64,000 nt of DNA, from positions 37,517 through 101,516 of IMG/VR virus record IMGVR_UViG_3300008448_000018. One strand, written 5' to 3'. Shown one piece after another: positions 59,602-64,000 of the stretch. The position numbers were made by a program, and so were the translations under genes. Source of the stretch: a virus. Numbering within the stretch: position 1 is the stretch's first letter; each line of letters opens with the position of its first letter. The notes beneath the pieces were generated by a model. The model was not told the DNA's origin, did no database searches, and was given only the letters and a program-made list of their open reading frames with translations.

Positions 59602-60048
59602 TTATTCACAAATATATGAGAATGACATGTGAAATCTATCATCAGTATCAATGTTTACTGGGCTATCATGATCAAATGGTTGATCTGCAGCACTACTACC
59701 AATTGCCCATAGCGTAAATGTTGTTGATCCATTAGATAAATGACCTTTAAGGCTATAATGATCAATTCCTTGATTTACAACTTTATGTAGTGAGCCACCA
59801 TAAACATCTGTGTGATACTTTGAGTTAAATGGTAGGGTCAAAGAATATTGACCAGTTCCAAAGTTACTAACTGTTGTAAATGCAACATCAATCTGCACTA
59901 TGATTATATTCCCAATTTTCATATATGTAGCAGTTGCTGGTGTTCCAGTAAAGGCAAGTCCAGTTCCAGACCATACTGGAGCATATGAGTTAATAGTTGT
60001 TGTAAGTCCACCTGCATCGCCAAAAGCAGGATGAGTAAACCGTGCCAC
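59602..60048 (-). CDS. fibre/receptor-binding-like beta protein
   Basis: ATYMKIGN...GTGQYSLTLPF pattern of fibre C-terminal domains. Confidence 0.5.
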   Translation of the reverse strand: MARFTHPAFGDAGGLTTTINSYAPVWSGTGLAFTGTPATATYMKIGNIIIVQIDVAFTTVSNFGTGQYSLTLPFNSKYHTDVYGGSLHKVVNQGIDHYSLKGHLSNGSTTFTLWAIGSSAADQPFDHDSPVNIDTDDRFHMSFSYICE

Positions 60049-60324
60049 TTATGGTTCCAAACTAATTTGAATCATAGCCACATTCATAGCGTCAACTGAA
60101 GAAAGCGCATATAAAGCGTCGGGCGATGAGAGTTCGAAAGAAATTGAGTGGTTTGGCAAAATCCTAAAGCCATAGTTTGAAGATGTAACTCCTTCGCCGC
60201 CAATATAGATGTAGCCAGTAGCATTAACATTTTGAAGAGTAATGTCCATACCACCGTGAGCACCTGGAGGAGTCATACGAGTTGCTGTAGTGTTACTAAG
60301 AACAGTTAGTGAGTGCTGAGTCAT
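60049..60324 (-). CDS. small virion-like protein
   Basis: ITLQN....IYIGG.GVT...YG; ATG 6 nt after TGTTATACT. Confidence 0.55.
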   Translation of the reverse strand: MTQHSLTVLSNTTATRMTPPGAHGGMDITLQNVNATGYIYIGGEGVTSSNYGFRILPNHSISFELSSPDALYALSSVDAMNVAMIQISLEP

Positions 60325-60471
60325 GTGTAAAGTATAACATCATTAATTCGGCGGGATACGAGTAAAGCCGAAAATAGAGATAACAAACCTCCCCCTAGAC
60401 AATCTATGGGACACACTCCCAAACATGTCTACAATGGCTTCCAAACCTCTATATGGGCTATAATAGATAAC

Positions 60472-60555
60472 GTGGATAGTGGCGTATTGGGAATGTTTTC
60501 ATATGCTCAGTTTGTTGTTGGTTTGTTTGTTTTAGTTTATATAAGTTGGAGTTAG
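60472..60555 (+). CDS. possible 27-aa membrane peptide
   Basis: GTG 7 nt after TATAAT (60459-60464); MDSGVLGMFSYAQFVVGLFVLVYISWS; stop 1 nt before the next ATG. Confidence 0.4.
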   Translation: MDSGVLGMFSYAQFVVGLFVLVYISWS

Positions 60556-60556
60556 T

Positions 60557-60760
60557 ATGGCTGATAAAGATGATGTTAGACCTTGGGATTTAATTAATGG
60601 TTCGCCAAGAACGCCAGATGAATTGGCTGCATACCGTCTCGAAATCTGTAAAGGCTGTGACTGGTTTAGACCAAAGACTCAGACTTGTAAGAAGTGTGGA
60701 TGTTTTATGAAACTTAAGACTACCTTGGAGAAAGCAAAGTGCCCAATTGGTAAGTGGTGA
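60557..60760 (+). CDS. Cys-rich small protein (DUF6171-like)
   Basis: RLEICKGC...CKKCGCFM..K......CP..KW. Confidence 0.7.
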   Translation: MADKDDVRPWDLINGSPRTPDELAAYRLEICKGCDWFRPKTQTCKKCGCFMKLKTTLEKAKCPIGKW

Positions 60761-60782
60761 AAAACCTCAAACCCACAAGTTC

Positions 60783-60968
60783 ATGAACAAAGAATGGTTA
60801 TCAAACCAATATATCCAGCAAAACCGATCTGTTCTGGATATAGCCAGAGAGTGTAATGCTCATCCTGATTTAATAAGGTTTTATATGGATAGGTTTGAGA
60901 TTTACCGTACCCTGCCAAAATGCAAACATGGGATGTTGGTTTGTCAGAAGTGCCAAACCTTAGATTAG
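60783..60968 (+). CDS. small HTH protein with C-terminal Cys/His motif (start uncertain)
   Basis: WL...Y....RSVLDIARECN similar to ORF 224..379. Confidence 0.55.
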   Translation: MNKEWLSNQYIQQNRSVLDIARECNAHPDLIRFYMDRFEIYRTLPKCKHGMLVCQKCQTLD

Positions 60969-61033
60969 AAATATAAAGGCTGCCATGCCTATAATGAATA
61001 TAGACCAGAGAAACCTTTGTTTAAGTTCAGACA

Positions 61034-61198
61034 TTAGATTGACCACCATTGGCTAGTATTGTAGAAGTATCCTACTCTTTGTCTATATTCCAGATATAGT
61101 CTATAGACTTCTTTCCAATTTGGATCATGAGTTTCATACCCGCATTTATTGCATGGACCTGGGTTTGAGTACTCATAGACATGGCTGCAATATGACAT
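61034..61198 (-). CDS. 54-aa Cys-containing hypothetical protein
   Basis: Manually translated MSYCSHVYEYSNPGPCNKCGYETHDPNW...; TATAAT 5 nt upstream. Confidence 0.55.
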   Translation of the reverse strand: MSYCSHVYEYSNPGPCNKCGYETHDPNWKEVYRLYLEYRQRVGYFYNTSQWWSI

Positions 61199-61227
61199 AG
61201 TTTATTATACCCCAAATCTGAAAAAAA

Positions 61228-61812
61228 TTATAAATAATCAATCATCTTTTGTAACAAAACTTTATCATCATTTACTTGACCTAAAACTCTATTGCAATTA
61301 GAGCATAGCAAGCCCCTAATGCATTTTCCACAAGATCCGTATCCAGGACAGCATGAGTGGTCGTGATCTACTGATAGACGTTTTTTGTATTTTTCTGGTT
61401 CCCCGCAAATTTTACAAACCCCGTTTTGGGATTTCTCCATATCTACATAGTCATCTCTTGTCAAACCATATTTTTTAAGGTTTCCTAAATGACCAACAAG
61501 ATTATCGCATTCCAGACAATATGTGTAGGTTATGTATTTGCCATTTTTTCTTAATTTAGGAAATTTAGTTTTATCTAAGTATTGTTCGCATTTACGACAG
61601 TGTATTTTTGTACCCTGAATTTTTCTAGGCATAACTCGTTTTAAATCACCTTCTGCTAAATCATATTCCCTTACACAGACTTTACAAAAGTGTTTATATC
61701 CATCTGGTGATTTTGCATATTTATGAAAATCTGAAAATAATTTAAAATTCTTACATTTAGTGCATTGTTTCTTATCTGCCAAAACTATTGGATGCTCATG
61801 TTGTTTTCTCAT
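61228..61812 (-). CDS. endonuclease VII-family His-Me nuclease with N-terminal zinc fingers (start probably 61812)
   Basis: YGLT...Q.G.C.IC...LSVDHDH...IRGLLC..CN..LG; ATG 6 nt after TGGTATAAT. Confidence 0.85.
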   Translation of the reverse strand: MRKQHEHPIVLADKKQCTKCKNFKLFSDFHKYAKSPDGYKHFCKVCVREYDLAEGDLKRVMPRKIQGTKIHCRKCEQYLDKTKFPKLRKNGKYITYTYCLECDNLVGHLGNLKKYGLTRDDYVDMEKSQNGVCKICGEPEKYKKRLSVDHDHSCCPGYGSCGKCIRGLLCSNCNRVLGQVNDDKVLLQKMIDYL

Positions 61813-61913
61813 ATAACTATTATACCATAATTTCAGATTATATTCAGATTTTATTTTCATTGATCCTGAAAATGTTGTTCAGATGTACGATACACAAATT
61901 GAAAAAATAAATG

Positions 61914-61953
61914 CAAAAAAAATAGTGAGCACACTAGAGGGGTTAGCCCCTAG
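61914..61953 (-). terminator. probable terminator of the leftward early operon
   Basis: Minus strand AGGGG-CTAA-CCCCT and TAGTG-TGCT-CACTA hairpins followed by T8. Confidence 0.5.
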
Positions 61954-62123
61954 CGTGATCCTTGTAGATATCCGTTAATGCCTAGCAAATCACAAGTAAC
62001 CTTGACTCTTTGATTTTCATGTAATGTAGATTTAAATAATTCTATAAAATCTAAAACCTCTTGCTTGGTCATGAGATTGATATCTCTTGTGTTACCTTGC
62101 ATTGTTGTTAGTGTTACTTTCAT
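61950..62123 (-). CDS. 57-aa hypothetical protein
   Basis: Manually translated MKVTLTTMQGNTRDINLMTKQEVLDFIELFK...; ATG directly after the upstream TAA. Confidence 0.65.
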   Translation of the reverse strand: MKVTLTTMQGNTRDINLMTKQEVLDFIELFKSTLHENQRVKVTCDLLGINGYLQGSR

Positions 62124-62270
62124 TTATTCCATCCAATCTAAAGTTAATCCATCATTTGCATTAGCCACACACTCGCATGGCTCTATATTGTAATCATGGT
62201 TATCACCTATAAAGATAATGCCATGACCATAGCATGTATTGCATGGGATACTTAATACTGAGTTAATCAT
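62124..62270 (-). CDS. 48-aa Cys-containing hypothetical protein
   Basis: Manually translated MINSVLSIPCNTCYGHG...EPCEC; ATGA overlap. Confidence 0.6.
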   Translation of the reverse strand: MINSVLSIPCNTCYGHGIIFIGDNHDYNIEPCECVANANDGLTLDWME

Positions 62271-62503
62271 TTAATTACCCCCGCTTTCATTAGAGAGATA
62301 TATCGCTTAGCGATACGCACACCCATAGGGTTGAGGATAACTTTTCTACCCTCATAGGTAGGTGGATATTTATCGTTAATGCGTTGAGCAATTCGGATAG
62401 GTAATTCATACTTAGGGCGTGGAGCATATCCACCAGCCTCTAAGCCAAACTCCTTAGCAATATCGCTACGGATTTCGTTATAGTAGTTATTTAATGTAGT
62501 CAT
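62267..62503 (-). CDS. hypothetical early protein (start probably 62503)
   Basis: GAAAGGTGG RBS; promoter immediately upstream. Confidence 0.65.
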   Translation of the reverse strand: MTTLNNYYNEIRSDIAKEFGLEAGGYAPRPKYELPIRIAQRINDKYPPTYEGRKVILNPMGVRIAKRYISLMKAGVIK

Positions 62504-62538
62504 TTTGACCACCTTTCTTTTTTAATTCTTATACTAGT

Positions 62539-62561
62539 ATCCTATCAGATACCACTGACAT
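62539..62561 (-). promoter_or_regulatory. ATGTCAG-N10-TAGGAT promoter
   Basis: Same element and spacing as the plus-strand copies at 62865 and 63744. Confidence 0.55.
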
Positions 62562-62588
62562 TTTGAGGTCTTATTTGCTTAGGCTCAC

Positions 62589-62825
62589 TGTGATTTATCT
62601 CACATTTATTTGCTAAGGCTCATACCTTGCTTCTTTATTTAATTTTTCTTATAGTAGAATACTACCATAGAAATGTCAAAAAGTCAAGTCCTAACACGGC
62701 GTGTCGCATGTGATTTACCTCACAAAGCCCGGCAAAATGTGGTGCACATCACTTTTATACCCCCTTATAAAACCCCTGCTCAGAGCCTTAATTCCCCTAT
62801 TTCTGGAGATGTGGTGTAAGTCACA
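62589..62825. promoter_or_regulatory. cluster of CRP/GlxR-type boxes (TGTGA-N6-TCACA)
   Basis: Perfect at 62589-62604 and 62709-62724; near-perfect at 62738-62753 and 62810-62825. Confidence 0.6.
62659..62687 (-). promoter_or_regulatory. sigma70-type promoter TTGACT-N17-TAGTAT
   Basis: Minus strand TTGACT (62687-62682), 17 bp ending TGG, TAGTAT (62664-62659). Confidence 0.55.
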
Positions 62826-62887
62826 AAACAAAATGTCCGATTTGTCATAGTTACTTATCAGTAGATGTCAGACCCCCCTGTTATACT
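62810..62887 (+). promoter_or_regulatory. early promoter module, copy 1
   Basis: CRP-like box, AAATGTCCGATTT (62831), ATGTCAGACCCC (62865), TGTTATACT. Confidence 0.65.
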
Positions 62888-62939
62888 TACAGTATCAAAA
62901 GAAAATAAAAGTTTAGATAAAAAAAGAAAGGAGTTCCAA

Positions 62940-63077
62940 ATGAACTCACTATATGAAAATAGAAACTCACTAGAAAGTAGAGAGCAACTACTAGCCCGAC
63001 TAGGAGACGCTATATGCTCCGAGTGTGGATGGCTTGCTATCCATATGGATAACTGCTCAAGAAAGGAGTATAAGTAA
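62940..63077 (+). CDS. small early protein (start 62940, MNSLYENR)
   Basis: AAAGGAG RBS; CSEC..H..C motif. Confidence 0.65.
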   Translation: MNSLYENRNSLESREQLLARLGDAICSECGWLAIHMDNCSRKEYK

Positions 63078-63307
63078 TGACTACTTATACACTAAATACT
63101 CTCCCTGCGGAATACGCTAACAAAATTGTATGCGCTTTCTGCTCACAATACGCTGATGAATATTGCGTATCTTGTAATGAATACAAGGGTCTAATGACTC
63201 TTGCAGAATTTATGTCCCACTATGAAATAAGTGAGTGGGTTGCTGATGAGGCAGATGAATTATCTGCTAAGTTAGATTCACTAATTGAGAAAGGAGTGTA
63301 TGCCTAA
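63077..63307 (+). CDS. small Cys-rich early protein
   Basis: CAFC...CVSCNEYKG; AAAGGAG RBS; TAATG coupling. Confidence 0.7.
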   Translation: MTTYTLNTLPAEYANKIVCAFCSQYADEYCVSCNEYKGLMTLAEFMSHYEISEWVADEADELSAKLDSLIEKGVYA

Positions 63308-63516
63308 TGAGTATTGAAATCTTTAGAATGAATGAATCTGGCGCTGGCTGGGTAGATATTGAATCTGCCACTACCGCTGAATTGTTAGACCTTGAATTAG
63401 CAATAACATTCAATGCACCTATGCAAATGCTATGTTTCAAATGTCATACACCAATTCCAAAAGGTAATGTGTGTATAAATCATAAAAATGTAAAAGGAGG
63501 AATTTATTTTGAATAA
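63307..63516 (+). CDS. small early protein
   Basis: AAAGGAG RBS; CFKC...C..H. Confidence 0.7.
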   Translation: MSIEIFRMNESGAGWVDIESATTAELLDLELAITFNAPMQMLCFKCHTPIPKGNVCINHKNVKGGIYFE

Positions 63517-63610
63517 AGATATTTTTGGATTTGCAGATGCAATTAAAATTGATCATTTAACAAATGAAGAAATAAAAACTTTAGAAGAAATTTTTAAAGA
63601 CTTCAAATAA
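63509..63610 (+). CDS. 33-aa hypothetical protein (TTG start)
   Basis: AGGAGG 8 nt upstream; MNKDIFGFADAIKIDHLTNEEIKTLEEIFKDFK. Confidence 0.55.
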   Translation: MNKDIFGFADAIKIDHLTNEEIKTLEEIFKDFK

Positions 63611-63640
63611 AAAACCCGGCACGTTCGGGCGTGTCGCAAG

Positions 63641-63766
63641 TTATCCACATGATATACGTCACACTTTATTTTACGCTCAAGTTATCCACATGACGTACAT
63701 CACATTTCCAAATGTCCGATTTGATACGATTACTGGCTAGTAGATGTCAGACCCCTATGGTAAACT
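63641..63766 (+). promoter_or_regulatory. early promoter module, copy 2, with two DnaA boxes
   Basis: TTATCCACA at 63641 and 63682, each overlapping a CATGA-N6-TCACA box; AAATGTCCGATTT (63710); ATGTCAGACCCC (63744); TGGTAAACT. Confidence 0.65.
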
Positions 63767-63820
63767 TCTATGTATAGAAGGTTGAAAAAGAAGTAAGCCC
63801 CCTAAAGAAAGGAAGTCCAA

Positions 63821-63997
63821 ATGACTTCACTAAATACAATGTGTAAAACACATATTCCATTCGTTCCTGCTATCTCATCAGTAAATGATGACCAATTTAC
63901 ATTCTGCATGGAATGTGAACAAAATATTGAGCGTTGGTATAACGATACCGACCCTGAGCGTCTACCAATGTGGACTGATTGGAAGGTATCTAAATAA
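63821..63997 (+). CDS. 58-aa hypothetical early protein
   Basis: AAAGGAAG RBS; MTSLNTMCKTH...FCMECEQNI...W. Confidence 0.65.
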   Translation: MTSLNTMCKTHIPFVPAISSVNDDQFTFCMECEQNIERWYNDTDPERLPMWTDWKVSK

Positions 63998-64000
63998 TGA

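Noticed and set aside
60960-61034. Possible 24-aa hydrophobic peptide MSELKQRFLWSIFIIGMAAFIFLI (minus)
   Set aside because: Coupled to the upstream ORF but too short to support; not listed as a feature
1-64000. tRNA genes, integrase/att site, alternative genetic code
   Set aside because: None recognised by eye; ORFs are long and intact under the standard code. A tRNAscan/ARAGORN run would be needed to exclude tRNAs formally

Overview
This is a 64-kb segment of a large, AT-rich tailed phage genome with a long-tailed siphovirus gene layout. Gene content and order resemble large actinobacteriophages, possibly a phage of low-GC freshwater Actinobacteria; this host assignment is inference. Nearly all genes are on the minus strand. 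Read in transcription order from right to left, the window holds: a divergent early/regulatory region (~60.3-64 kb); a holin-like gene and many fibre and glycine-rich virion genes (42.6-60.3 kb) interrupted by one plus-strand secreted lytic transglycosylase; a class II ribonucleotide reductase; the portal, protease, capsid, head-tail, tail tube, two chaperone, tape measure and minor tail genes (11.5-40.4 kb); and a replication/recombination module (DnaB, primase, SSB, DnaE, MazG, RecA, resolvases, Cas4-like nuclease). No terminase, integrase, tRNA or CRISPR array was seen. Four observations stand out. (1) A stand-alone ~61-nt hairpin RNA gene (59007-59067, minus) has its own promoter and terminator, and its C-rich loop is complementary to GGGUGGG(GUA) motifs at the start codons of two genes at the head of the replication module. 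(2) The tail chaperones G and GT appear to be encoded by two paralogous genes with unequal expression signals rather than by a frameshift. (3) The early region carries CRP/GlxR-type boxes, perfect DnaA boxes and a repeated ATGTCAG-N10-(-10) promoter. (4) About 20 extended -10 promoters occur across the window, many predicting leaderless mRNAs.
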